Below are positions 18,572-27,745 of a stretch of 64,000 nt of DNA, piece after piece. Position numbers and translations under genes: made by a program. The stretch is from positions 1,664,001-1,728,000 of the forward strand of contig OZ253470.1 of the NCBI GenBank assembly GCA_965261735.1. Reading direction: 5' to 3'. This stretch comes from Alphaproteobacteria bacterium. Its GTDB lineage: Bacteria; Pseudomonadota; Alphaproteobacteria; SHVV01. Positions within the stretch are counted from its first letter, which is position 1; each line of letters begins with the position of its first letter. The notes beneath the pieces are model-generated. The model ran no database searches. It had not been told where the DNA came from and was given only the letters and a program-made list of their open reading frames with translations.

Positions 18572-19993
18572 ATGCAGCGCCGCCGCAAGGTCAAGATCCT
18601 CGCCACCCTGGGGCCGGCGAGCGCGACGCCCGAGATCGTCGCCGCCCTGTTCGAGGCGGGCGCGGATGTCTTTCGCCTCAACTTCAGCCATGGCGACCAG
18701 GCCGCTCACGCCACGGCGCACGGCATCATCCGTGGGCTCGAGGCCGAGGTCGGTCGGCCGGTCGGCATTCTCGTCGACATCCAGGGCCCCAAGCTACGCG
18801 TCGGCAGATTTGCCGGTGGTGGCGCGACCCTGGAGAACGGCGCGACCTTCCGGCTCGACACGGCGCCCGACGAAGGCGACGGGACGCGCGCGTCGGTGCC
18901 GCACGCCGAGGTTTTCGCCGCGCTCGAACCCGGCACCCACATCCTGCTCGACGACGGCCGCATCCGGCTCGAGGTCGTCGAGGCGGGCCGCGATCATGCG
19001 CAGACGCTGGTGCTGGCCGGGGGCGACATCGCCGACCGCAAGGGCATCAACGTGCCCAACGCGATCCTGCCGCTGTCGGCGATCACGGAAAAGGACCGCG
19101 GCGACCTCGCGTTCGCCCTCGACCTCGGGGTCGACTGGGTCGGCCTGTCGTTCGTCCAGCGCCCCGAGGACATCGCCGAGGCCTCGAAGCTCGTTTCCGG
19201 GCGGGCGGGGCTGCTGGCCAAGATCGAGAAGCCGGCCGCGATCGCCGAGCTCGACGACATCATCGACCTCGCCGACGCGATCATGGTGGCGCGCGGCGAC
19301 CTCGGAGTAGAAATGCCGCCGGAGGAGACGCCGGGCCTGCAGAAGCGAATCATTCGCTTGGCGCGCGGGGCCGGAAAGCCGGTCGTTGTGGCGACCCAGA
19401 TGCTCGAATCCATGGTCACCATGCCGGTGCCGACCCGTGCCGAAGTGTCCGACGTGGCCACGGCGGTGTACGACGGTGCCGATGCGGTGATGTTGTCGGC
19501 CGAAACGGCGACGGGAAAGCACCCCGTGGCGGCCGTCACCATGATGGATCGCATCGCCCGCCAGGTCGAGCAGGACCCGCTCTACGACTCGCTCGTCGAG
19601 GCTCTACAAGTCCTCCCCGAGGCGACGACGGCGGACGCCATCAGCGCCGCCGCGCGCCAGGCCGCGGTGACGGTCGGCGCGGCGGCCATCGTCACCTACA
19701 CGAGCTCCGGCTCGACCGCGTTGCGCGCCGCGCGCGAGCGCCCCCGGGTGCGCATGCTGGCGTTGACGCCGAATATCGAAACGGCACGCCGGCTCGCGCT
19801 GGCGTGGGGGCTGCACTGCGTCCACACCACCGACGCCACGGATTTCTCGGACATGTTGGAGGGCGCCTATCGCCATGCCGTGAGCGAGGGCTTCGCCAGC
19901 GCCGGTGACCAGCTCGTCGTTACCGCCGGCGTCCCGTTCGGGACGCCCGGCGCGACGAACGTCCTGCGCATCGCCACCATCGGCGAAGCCTAG
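18572..19993 (+). CDS. pyk: pyruvate kinase
   Basis: KILATLGPAS, FRLNFSHG, MVARGDLGVE, ATQMLESM. Confidence 0.97.
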   Translation: MQRRRKVKILATLGPASATPEIVAALFEAGADVFRLNFSHGDQAAHATAHGIIRGLEAEVGRPVGILVDIQGPKLRVGRFAGGGATLENGATFRLDTAPDEGDGTRASVPHAEVFAALEPGTHILLDDGRIRLEVVEAGRDHAQTLVLAGGDIADRKGINVPNAILPLSAITEKDRGDLAFALDLGVDWVGLSFVQRPEDIAEASKLVSGRAGLLAKIEKPAAIAELDDIIDLADAIMVARGDLGVEMPPEETPGLQKRIIRLARGAGKPVVVATQMLESMVTMPVPTRAEVSDVATAVYDGADAVMLSAETATGKHPVAAVTMMDRIARQVEQDPLYDSLVEALQVLPEATTADAISAAARQAAVTVGAAAIVTYTSSGSTALRAARERPRVRMLALTPNIETARRLALAWGLHCVHTTDATDFSDMLEGAYRHAVSEGFASAGDQLVVTAGVPFGTPGATNVLRIATIGEA

Positions 19994-20010
19994 GGCGGCG
20001 CTAGCCGGCC

Positions 20011-20565
20011 TTAGATCGCCTTGCCGCGGAGCTTGAGCTCGATCGCCTTGGCGTTGGCCTTGGGGCCTGCCATGGTGGGGTTGGCCTCGAGCGCGCGCTG
20101 GAAGGCCGTCAGTGCGTCCTCCCAGCGCTCGAGGTGGACGTTCACCAGCCCGAGGCCCGACAGCGCCCCGAAATGGCGCGGCTCGAGCTCCAGGGTGCGG
20201 TCGATGTCGCCGATCGAGGCCTCGTACTCGCCCATCATGTAGTAGAGCGTCGCCCGCTTGTTCCAGCCCTCGGCGAAATCGGGGGCCAACTCGATGACGG
20301 CATTGAACAGGGCCAGTGCCGGCTCGAACGAGCGCGCCGCCATCGCCTCGGTGCCGCGCCCCAGCAGCAGATCGACCGTTTCGCTGCCGGATTGGCCCCA
20401 CAGCCGCCAGATGACCTGCTCGACCTGAAGGGCCTCGATGGGGTCTGTGACCTTGTGCAATTGCCCGAACAGTTCTTCGAGCCGGGGGTCCTTCTGGTCG
20501 CTCACGGCGGGATCTGCCACGGCCAGCGAGAGGACCAGGATGGCACTGATGAGGGCCGCTTTCAT
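20011..20565 (-). CDS. secreted tetratricopeptide repeat protein
   Basis: Signal peptide; PDFAEGWNKRA, EPRHFGALSGLG. Confidence 0.88.
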   Translation of the reverse strand: MKAALISAILVLSLAVADPAVSDQKDPRLEELFGQLHKVTDPIEALQVEQVIWRLWGQSGSETVDLLLGRGTEAMAARSFEPALALFNAVIELAPDFAEGWNKRATLYYMMGEYEASIGDIDRTLELEPRHFGALSGLGLVNVHLERWEDALTAFQRALEANPTMAGPKANAKAIELKLRGKAI

Positions 20566-20603
20566 GCCACGAGGTTAAGCCATTTGGGGATCGCTGAAAA
20601 GAC

Positions 20604-21902
20604 TCAAGCGCCGAGCGCCAGAGGGCGCGGGCCGCCGCTCGCCCAATCGAGCAGCTCGACGGTGTGGGCGATGGGCACGGGCGTGCCGGCACCGATCTGC
20701 ACCATACAGCCGATGTTGCCGGCGGCGATCGCGTCAGGCGCCACGCTTTCGATGTTGGCGATCTTGCGCGCGCCCAGGCGTACCGCGATGGCCGGCTGAA
20801 GCAGGTTGTAGGTTCCGGCAGAGCCGCAGCACAGGTGCCCCTCCGGCACCTCGGCGACCTCGAAACCGGCCGCAGCGAGGAGGTCCCGCGGCAGTGCGTG
20901 CAGGCGCTGTCCGTGCTGCAGCGAGCACGCCGAGTGGTAGGCGAGCTTGAGGCCGCGCGGTGCTGTGTTGGACCAGGTGTCCGCCTCTACCAACGAGGCG
21001 ATGACCTCGGTGACGTCGCGGGCGAGGGCGGCGATGCGTTCGGCGGGCGCCGCCCTCGTTGGGTCGCCCCGCATGAGGTGGCCGTAATCCTTGATCATGG
21101 TGCCGCAGCCGGACGCGGTAGCGATGACGGCATCGAAGTCGCCGGTCGCGGCGGCGGCGCTCCAAGCCTTGATGTTGGCCCTGACCGCGGCGAGCGCGGC
21201 CGCCTCCTGGCCGAGGTGGTGGGCGAGGGCGCCGCAGCAACCGGCGCCGCCGACCACGACCACCTCGCAGCCGAGCCGCGTTAACAGCCGCACCGCCGCC
21301 TCGTTGATGGTTGGTGCCAGTACCTGCTGCACGCAGCCCGCGAGCAGCGCCACGCGTGCCCGCCGCGCTCCCTGCGCCGGTTGGACGCTCGCCCGATCGA
21401 CCGCGGAAGGCGGGTGGGCGGGGCGCGCCGCGAGCCGCAGCAGGGTTCCGAGCGGTTCGGGCAGGCGGTTCGCCAACGGGCGCAGCAAGCGCGCACCGAC
21501 CAGCGCTAGCCGGAACAGTTTGGCGCGCGCCAACACCATGCCGAGGGCGCGCCGCAGCAGGCGTTCGGGCAGCGGCCTCGCGTAGGTCTTCTCGATGTGG
21601 ACGCGGGCGTGGTCGACGAGGCGCATGTAGTCGACGCTGGACGGGCAGGTGGTCATGCAAGCGAGGCAGGAGAGGCAGCGGTCGATATGCTTGACCACGG
21701 TGGCGCTCGCCGCCTTGCCGTTCTCGAGCATGTCCTTGATGAGGTAGATGCGGCCGCGCGGGGAATCGCGTTCGTCGCCGAGGAGGGCGTAGGTCGGGCA
21801 GGACGATTGGCAGAAGCCGCAATGGACGCAGGTGCGCAGGATTCGCTCCGCCTCGCCAGTGGCGGGGTCGGCGAGCTGGGCGAGCGAGAAGCTAGTCTGC
21901 AT
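20604..21902 (-). CDS. glcF: glycolate oxidase iron-sulfur subunit
   Basis: CVHCGFC, CLSCLAC, two CCG domains. Confidence 0.95.
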   Translation of the reverse strand: MQTSFSLAQLADPATGEAERILRTCVHCGFCQSSCPTYALLGDERDSPRGRIYLIKDMLENGKAASATVVKHIDRCLSCLACMTTCPSSVDYMRLVDHARVHIEKTYARPLPERLLRRALGMVLARAKLFRLALVGARLLRPLANRLPEPLGTLLRLAARPAHPPSAVDRASVQPAQGARRARVALLAGCVQQVLAPTINEAAVRLLTRLGCEVVVVGGAGCCGALAHHLGQEAAALAAVRANIKAWSAAAATGDFDAVIATASGCGTMIKDYGHLMRGDPTRAAPAERIAALARDVTEVIASLVEADTWSNTAPRGLKLAYHSACSLQHGQRLHALPRDLLAAAGFEVAEVPEGHLCCGSAGTYNLLQPAIAVRLGARKIANIESVAPDAIAAGNIGCMVQIGAGTPVPIAHTVELLDWASGGPRPLALGA

Positions 21903-21906
21903 GGCC

Positions 21907-23136
21907 CTAGAGGTCCGCGTACATGCGCCCGGGATTGAGGATGCGGAGCGGGTCGAAGCTCTCCTTGACCCGTCGGGTGAGCTCGGCCAGCGCTTCCGCT
22001 TGCGGTTGAAATACGGGAACTCGGGTCCGTGTCGAGGCATCGGCGCGAACGAGCGTCGCGTGGCCGCCGGACTCGGCGATCGCGGCGCGTACCGTCTCGC
22101 AACCGCCGTCCGCACCCGCCTCGAGCGCGATCCAGATCAGGCCGCCGGCCCAGTCGTAGTAGGCCTCGCCGTCGACCCGGTCGAGGACGTGCGCGGCTGC
22201 CCGCGCCCCGGCTGCCGGTGCTAGCGACAGGCGCCAGACGGCGCGATGCGCGACGGCCGCGTCGGTGAACGGGAGCACGTCGCGGACTTCGCGCCAGAGC
22301 GCCGCGGAGTTCGACCGGTGCAACTCCTCGGTCGTCCCGAGGTCGGCAAGCTCCTGGCTGAGCGCCTCGAGCCGGTGATCGACGGACGGGCCCGTCCCCT
22401 CAAGACGAAGTGCCGTGACGGCGCCGCCGGCGCCGGCGACGTAGGCCACGCTCGAGCGCCGGGCAACCCTTTCGGGCAGGTGGGCGAGCCCAGAGGGCTC
22501 GAGGCTCGAGCCCGCCGCGCGGCCGAGCGCCGCCACCGCCTCGTCGTCGCCGAGTCCCACGACGAGCAGCGTGCGTACCTTCTCGGGCGCCGGCACGACC
22601 TTGATCGTCACTTTCGTGAGCGCCGCCAGGGTGCCGTGCGAGCCGGTGATCAGCTTGGACAGGTCGTAGCCGGTGACGTTCTTGACCACGCGGCCGCCTG
22701 ACTTGAACGCTTCGCCGCGCCCCGATACGCATTCGATGCCGAGCACGTGGTCGCGCGCGGCGCCGGCCTTGATACGGCGCGGTCCCGATAGGTTGGCCGC
22801 CACGGTGCCGCCCAGCGTCGCGCGGCCGCCCGGGCCGCCGTAGAGGGGGCCGAGATCGGCCGGCTCGAAGCCGAGTTGCTGCCCGCGCTCAGTGAGCGCC
22901 GCCTCGATGTCGGCGAGCGGCGTGGCGGCCCCGGCGCTCAGCACTAGCTCCTCGGGCTCATAGAGCCCGATACCGCTGAGCGCCGATAGATCGAGCCGGC
23001 GCGCGCCCGCGACGGGGCGGCCGAGGGCGCGCTTGGTGCCGCCGCCGACGATCTCCAGCGCCTCGCCGTCAGCGGCGGCGCAGGCGATCGCCTCGCGCAC
23101 CGCGGCGGCGTCGGCGGGGCGAAGGACGGCGGCCAT
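21907..23136 (-). CDS. glcE: glycolate oxidase FAD-binding subunit
   Basis: YEPEELVL, GGRVVKNVTGYDL, FDPLRILNPGRM. Confidence 0.95.
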   Translation of the reverse strand: MAAVLRPADAAAVREAIACAAADGEALEIVGGGTKRALGRPVAGARRLDLSALSGIGLYEPEELVLSAGAATPLADIEAALTERGQQLGFEPADLGPLYGGPGGRATLGGTVAANLSGPRRIKAGAARDHVLGIECVSGRGEAFKSGGRVVKNVTGYDLSKLITGSHGTLAALTKVTIKVVPAPEKVRTLLVVGLGDDEAVAALGRAAGSSLEPSGLAHLPERVARRSSVAYVAGAGGAVTALRLEGTGPSVDHRLEALSQELADLGTTEELHRSNSAALWREVRDVLPFTDAAVAHRAVWRLSLAPAAGARAAAHVLDRVDGEAYYDWAGGLIWIALEAGADGGCETVRAAIAESGGHATLVRADASTRTRVPVFQPQAEALAELTRRVKESFDPLRILNPGRMYADL

Positions 23137-23144
23137 CGCGGGGG

Positions 23145-24632
23145 TCAGAAGCGCGGCAGATCGGGAAAGGGTCGCGCGCCGCGATGGACGTGCACGCGGC
23201 CGAGCTCGGCGCAACGGTGCAGCGTCGGGAACACCTTGCCCGGATTGAGCCGGCCGTCGGGATCGAAGGCACACTTGACGCGTTGCTGCTGGTTGAGGTC
23301 GTCCTCGGTGAACATTTCGCCCATGAGGTCGCGCTTCTCTATGCCAACGCCGTGCTCGCCGGTCAGAACGCCGCCGACGGCGACACACAGCTTCAGGATA
23401 TCGGCGCCGAAGTCCTCCGCCCGCTCGAGCTCGCCCGGCACGTTGGCATCGTAGAGGATGAGCGGATGCAGGTTGCCATCGCCCGCATGGAAGACGTTGG
23501 CGAGGCGCAAGCCGTAGCGTTCGGACATCTCGGCCATGCGGTTCAACACCTCGGGCAGCCGGCGCCGCGGGATCGTCCCGTCCATGCAGTAGTAATCCGG
23601 TGAGATACGGCCGACCGCCGGAAACGCCGCTTTGCGCCCGGCCCAGAAGGCGAGCCGCTCGGCCTCGCTCTCGCTCGCCCTCAAGGAGACCGCGCCCGCA
23701 TTGGTGGCGATCCCGCGCACCCGCTCGACGAGATCGTCGACCTCGACCTCGGGGCCGTCGAGCTCGACGATGAGGAGCGCCGCGGCGTCGGTTGGATAGC
23801 CGACGTGGCAGAAGTCCTCCGCGGCCTGGATCGCGTACCGGTCCATCATTTCCATGCCGGCCGGGATGATGCCGCTGGCGATAACGTTGGCGACGCAGGC
23901 CCCCGCCGCCTCGTTGCTGGCGAACCCGACGAGCAGCGCCCGCGCACTTACCGGCTTGCGCAGGATACGCACGGTGACCTCGGTGATGACGCCGAGCAGC
24001 CCCTCGGAGCCCGTCATCAGCCCCAGGAGATCGTAACCGTCGGCGTCGAGGTGCTTGCCGCCGAGGCGCACGACGTCGCCGTTCATCAGCACCATCTCGA
24101 GGCCGAGGAGGTTGTTGGTCGTGAGGCCGTATTTCAGGCAGTGCACGCCGCCCGAGTTCTCGGCCACGTTGCCGCCGATGGTGCAGGCGATCTGGCTCGA
24201 CGGGTCGGGCGCGTAGTAATAGCCGCGCTCGGCTACCGCATCGCTGATCGCGAGGTTGGTGACCCCGGGCTGCGCGACGACGCAGCGGTTGTCGTAGTCG
24301 ACCTCGAGAATGCGGTTGAATTTGGCGAGGCCGAGGACGAGGCCGTCGACGAGCGGCAGCGCCCCGCCCGAGAGCGAGGTTCCGGCGCCGCGCGGCACGA
24401 CCTTGACGCCGTGCTCGCCGCACAGCCCGAGGATGCGCGCCACCTGTTCGGTCGTCTCGGGCAACACCACGACCATCGGCATCGCGCGGTAGGCGCTGAG
24501 CGCGTCGCACTCGTAGGCGCGCCGGCCGTCCTCGTCGTCGATGACACCTTCGCCCGGAACGATCGCACGCAATCCGGCGACCAGCTCGGGCCGGCGCGCG
24601 ATGATGGCCCGGTCGGGCTCGGGCATGCGCAT
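23145..24632 (-). CDS. glcD: glycolate oxidase subunit GlcD
   Basis: PRGAGTSLSGG, APDPSSQIAC, HAGDGNLHP, GEHGVG. Confidence 0.95.
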   Translation of the reverse strand: MRMPEPDRAIIARRPELVAGLRAIVPGEGVIDDEDGRRAYECDALSAYRAMPMVVVLPETTEQVARILGLCGEHGVKVVPRGAGTSLSGGALPLVDGLVLGLAKFNRILEVDYDNRCVVAQPGVTNLAISDAVAERGYYYAPDPSSQIACTIGGNVAENSGGVHCLKYGLTTNNLLGLEMVLMNGDVVRLGGKHLDADGYDLLGLMTGSEGLLGVITEVTVRILRKPVSARALLVGFASNEAAGACVANVIASGIIPAGMEMMDRYAIQAAEDFCHVGYPTDAAALLIVELDGPEVEVDDLVERVRGIATNAGAVSLRASESEAERLAFWAGRKAAFPAVGRISPDYYCMDGTIPRRRLPEVLNRMAEMSERYGLRLANVFHAGDGNLHPLILYDANVPGELERAEDFGADILKLCVAVGGVLTGEHGVGIEKRDLMGEMFTEDDLNQQQRVKCAFDPDGRLNPGKVFPTLHRCAELGRVHVHRGARPFPDLPRF

Positions 24633-24781
24633 GTCTGCCTCCGTTGGGCACGAGGCGGACACGCGCCGCCCTAGCCCTCTAGCGCGTCAAGATGGAAGGA
24701 TCGGCGCCCTTTGGCAACACTGGTAAGCGCCACTTTGGTGCCGGGCGCTGGCGCGCCGGCGGCCGGCGACGGGTGCCCGGA

Positions 24782-24907
24782 TCAGCGCTGGCGCGCCTTG
24801 AACCGCCGGTTGGTCTTGTTGATGACGTAGACGCGCCGCTTGCGCCGCACCACCACGCAATCGCGGTGGCGCAGCTTGGCCGACTTGAGCGAGTTCCTGA
24901 CCTTCAT
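24782..24907 (-). CDS. rpmJ: 50S ribosomal protein L36, zinc-free type B
   Basis: [41 protein letters not shown]. Confidence 0.95.
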   Translation of the reverse strand: MKVRNSLKSAKLRHRDCVVVRRKRRVYVINKTNRRFKARQR

Positions 24908-24974
24908 GGCGCGGCCTCCCTGGGCGCGCCTTGACTTAGTACAGTCGGCCGCGGTGCGCAAGCGCGGTGTGGGC

Positions 24975-25018
24975 CGGCACTGTCTCGCCCCGTCAGATTT
25001 CAAACTGAGACAGTGCCG
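24975..25018. repeat. 12-bp perfect inverted repeat
   Basis: CGGCACTGTCTC-N20-GAGACAGTGCCG. Confidence 0.7.
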
Positions 25019-25052
25019 CAGGCCGGCATCCCCTGCCAAGCCGGGATTCTAC

Positions 25053-25085
25053 TGATCCCACGGTGGGATCACCCATAGAATGGGT
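25053..25085. promoter_or_regulatory. twin palindromic operator of a decayed toxin-antitoxin operon
   Basis: TGATCCCAC-G-GTGGGATCA then ACCCAT-AGA-ATGGGT, abutting the ATG of a HigB remnant. Confidence 0.6.
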
Positions 25086-25165
25086 ATGCGAGTTGTTGCG
25101 GTGAGTCGGCTACGCCGTTTCTGGGAAGGGCTCGGGCGCGCCGACAGCGAGCAGGCCTTGCGTGA
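25086..25165 (+). pseudogene. HigB (YgjN-type) toxin N-terminal remnant
   Basis: MRVVAVSRLRRFWEGLGRADSEQALR, after which similarity stops. Confidence 0.6.
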
Positions 25166-25279
25166 AGGAGACAGCGCGCGGGCATCCGGCATCCTCCAGA
25201 TACCTACGCGCTGCTTAGTGCGCATTGTCGAGCTGGATGAGCCCGACCTTACTTCTTCTTCGGTCGGCCCTGTCCCTTC

Positions 25280-25330
25280 CTTGCCTATCCGGTTTACACC
25301 CACACCCACTAGGGCTAGAATGGGCGCAAG
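25280..25330 (+). mobile_element. 51-bp IS1595 left-end remnant (copy C)
   Basis: First 50 bp identical to 3355-3404; ends in GCAAG. Confidence 0.88.
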
Positions 25331-25360
25331 GCGAGTTGCCGAATGGCCGGATAGGAACGT

Positions 25361-25389
25361 TTGACGTTAGTTATGTCGTACGTTAGTAT
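25361..25389 (+). promoter_or_regulatory. sigma70-type promoter of higBA
   Basis: TTGACG-N17-TAGTAT, 5 bp before the GTG start. Confidence 0.65.
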
Positions 25390-25394
25390 GGGTC

Positions 25395-25676
25395 GTGATC
25401 AGGAGCTTTCGCGACAAGCGAACGTCGGCAATCTTCGAGCGGCGATTCTCGACCAGACTGCCGCGCGGAATCCAGCCGGCCGCCTATCGAAAGCTTGTGC
25501 AGCTCGACGCCGCGACGCGCCTCGATGATTTGCGTGTGCCGCCCGGGAATCGACTGAAGTCCCTGTCGGGCAAGCGCGCCGGCCAGCACAGTATCCGCAT
25601 CAACGAGCGGTGGCGGATTTGCTTCATGTGGCGCGCGAGAGACGCTTACAACGTGGAGATCGTGGACTACCACTAG
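25395..25676 (+). CDS. higB: HigB toxin (RelE/ParE family)
   Basis: MIRSFRDK, DLRVPPGNRL, GQHSIRINERWRICF, VEIVDYH. Confidence 0.93.
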   Translation: MIRSFRDKRTSAIFERRFSTRLPRGIQPAAYRKLVQLDAATRLDDLRVPPGNRLKSLSGKRAGQHSIRINERWRICFMWRARDAYNVEIVDYH

Positions 25677-25688
25677 CGGAGGAGAAAC

Positions 25689-25988
25689 ATGCCTGCCAAA
25701 AGGATTGCTCCGGTCCATCCCGGTGAGGTGCTGATGAAGGACTTTCTGACGCCGCTGGGCATCAGTCAGTACCGGGTGGCGCGAAACACTTGCCTCCCAC
25801 AGTCCCGCATTGCCGCCATCGTTCGCGGCAAGCGGGCCGTCACGGCGGAGACGGCGCTGCGGTTCGGCAGATTCTTCGGCACCAGCGCCGAGTTCTGGTT
25901 GAACATTCAGGCGCGCTACGACCTGGAGACCGCTCGCGACGCCCTCGGCGACCGCTTGGACGGCGAAGTGAAACCGCTCGCCGCGTAA
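25689..25988 (+). CDS. higA: HigA antitoxin (XRE HTH)
   Basis: PVHPGEVL, TAETALRFGRFFGTSAEFWLNIQ. Confidence 0.94.
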   Translation: MPAKRIAPVHPGEVLMKDFLTPLGISQYRVARNTCLPQSRIAAIVRGKRAVTAETALRFGRFFGTSAEFWLNIQARYDLETARDALGDRLDGEVKPLAA

Positions 25989-26028
25989 TCCACTCGGCGC
26001 GACCGGGTGGCTGTCGACGGATGCGAAC

Positions 26029-26187
26029 ATGACCGATGCCAAAGAAACCACCCCCACCGTTTTCGTTTCCTACTCGTACGATAGCCGAGAGCACCGACAA
26101 TGGGTGTTGCGGCCCGGCGAGCGCCTCATCGACAACGGCGTCAACGTACTTCTTGATCATGGTCCCACGACCGCAGCGCGCACATGA
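26029..26187 (+). pseudogene. TIR/SEFIR domain N-terminal remnant
   Basis: MTDAKETTPTVFVSYSYDSREHRQWVLRPGERLIDNGVNVLLD, then an early stop (52 aa). Confidence 0.72.
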
Positions 26188-26199
26188 AAAGAGACTGCA

Positions 26200-26712
26200 A
26201 TGCCTGATACAGAGTCTTCGTCATCCCCACCCGGGAACCTTGACGCCTTCCGCGAGCGCCTCGATGAGCTGGCGCGGGCGCAGGGTCCGACCGTGTTCGG
26301 CCTGCGCACGCCGCTGCCCGCGCAGGGCCGAACGGACGTGCCCCTGGCCGCGACTGGGAGCTTCTCGGTGGTCCTCAAGACCTATGCTTCGGGCGGCGAG
26401 AACGCGCTGCATGGTCACGTCAACGAGGACCATGTGTTCATCGTCATGCAGGGCGCGGCCCGGTTTACGGGCAAGGACAGTGTGCTCGGCGCGCTCGGAC
26501 GCCACCAGGGAATATTAATCCCGGCCGGCACGCTCTACCGCTTCGAGGCCGTGGGCGAGGAGCCGCTCGTCCTCATCCGGGTTGGCGCGGTCACCGGTGA
26601 GGGCCTCGACCGCTTCGCCCGTATCGGGCCGGGCGGCGAGTCCATGGACGCCTTCTCGGCCGAAAACAAGCAGGTCGAGCTGGTCTACGCCAAGGATGCC
26701 TACTTCGACTAG
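26200..26712 (+). CDS. cupin domain protein
   Basis: GGENALHGHVNEDHVFIVMQG, IPAGTLYRF. Confidence 0.85.
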   Translation: MPDTESSSSPPGNLDAFRERLDELARAQGPTVFGLRTPLPAQGRTDVPLAATGSFSVVLKTYASGGENALHGHVNEDHVFIVMQGAARFTGKDSVLGALGRHQGILIPAGTLYRFEAVGEEPLVLIRVGAVTGEGLDRFARIGPGGESMDAFSAENKQVELVYAKDAYFD

Positions 26713-27627
26713 TCGAGCGCCACGAAGTCCGCTTTGGTGACGCGACAGTCGGGGCAGCGCCAGTCATCGGGAATATCCCCGAAGAGCGTGCCCGGCGCGA
26801 TACCGTCCTCTGGGAGCCCGAGCACCGGGTCGTAGACGAGGCCGCAGCGCTCGCACAGGTAGCGCGGTGGCGCGGCCGCGCGATTCCGCGGGCCCCGGTC
26901 GACGGGGCGGCCGGCGGCAACGAGCTGGTCGAGCCGGGCCTTCCAGCCGGCGTAGTCGGTGACGTAGTTCCAGGCGCAGACGTGCGCGACGTCGCGCCCC
27001 TCGAGCCACTCGCACAGAACGGCCGCCGCTTTGCGCTCCTCCACTGGGCCGAGGCCGTAGGGGTTGCAAGCGGGTGCGCGCGCCGACGTCGAACACGAGG
27101 TCGCAGGGAAAGAGCGCCCCGCGCGCGAGGTAAACGGTGAAGCCCGGCGAGTGCCCAGCCGTGTGCTTGGCCTCGAGCCCGAGCTCGGCGAAGTCGCCGG
27201 CGAAGCGGCGATCGAAGGGAAAGGGCCGGGCCAGCGGGTGCGCCGCATCCGCCTCGTGGATCCACACTTGCGCGCCGTAGGCCGCGCGGTACTGGTTCGA
27301 GGCGCCGAGGAAATCCTTGTGCGTGAAGGCGATGACGTCGACCGCGGGCAACTCGGGCCTGAAGGCGGACGGGCTATCGATCATGAACGCCGCTTCGCCG
27401 GTGTCGACCCGGTAGGCCGCGTGCTCAATGCCGAGTGCCGGCGATGAATTGAGCCGCACGATGCCCTCGGCCACCGGGTACTCGGTCACCCGATGCTGCG
27501 CGGCGCAGTCGCGGTCGTTGAGGAAGGCATCGGGCGCGGCGCCGCAGAAGGGGCAGCGCCCGGGCGCGGCGCCGATCATGTTGTAGCCGCAGCCGGTGCA
27601 CACGGTTTGCGCTACTGTCTCGGCCAT
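26709..27627 (-). pseudogene. rubredoxin-like / MBL-fold / rubredoxin fusion with a frameshift near 27067
   Basis: CTGC..CPFC N-terminus; MIDSP, FTHKDF, IHEAD, TAGHSPG, CDL core; after the frameshift NPYG...YLCERCGLVYDP..G..PGTLFGDIPDDWRCPDC. Confidence 0.8.
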
Positions 27628-27745
27628 CGCGTGTCCCTTTCGTTCGATTCGCGCCAGCCTCGCGCAATTGCCGGGGCGGCACAAGACGGGACGCGAACGC
27701 CTGCGCTATAGTGCCGGCGGACCGTAAGTTCGGCCGGGCGCGGAC

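Noticed and set aside
21907-24651. 914-aa ORF as a glcD-glcE fusion
   Set aside because: Upstream part is an off-frame shadow of glcD; glcE starts at 23136
27055-27080. Programmed ribosomal frameshift in the rubredoxin-MBL gene
   Set aside because: No slippery heptamer or homopolymer; a single-base insertion or sequencing error is simpler
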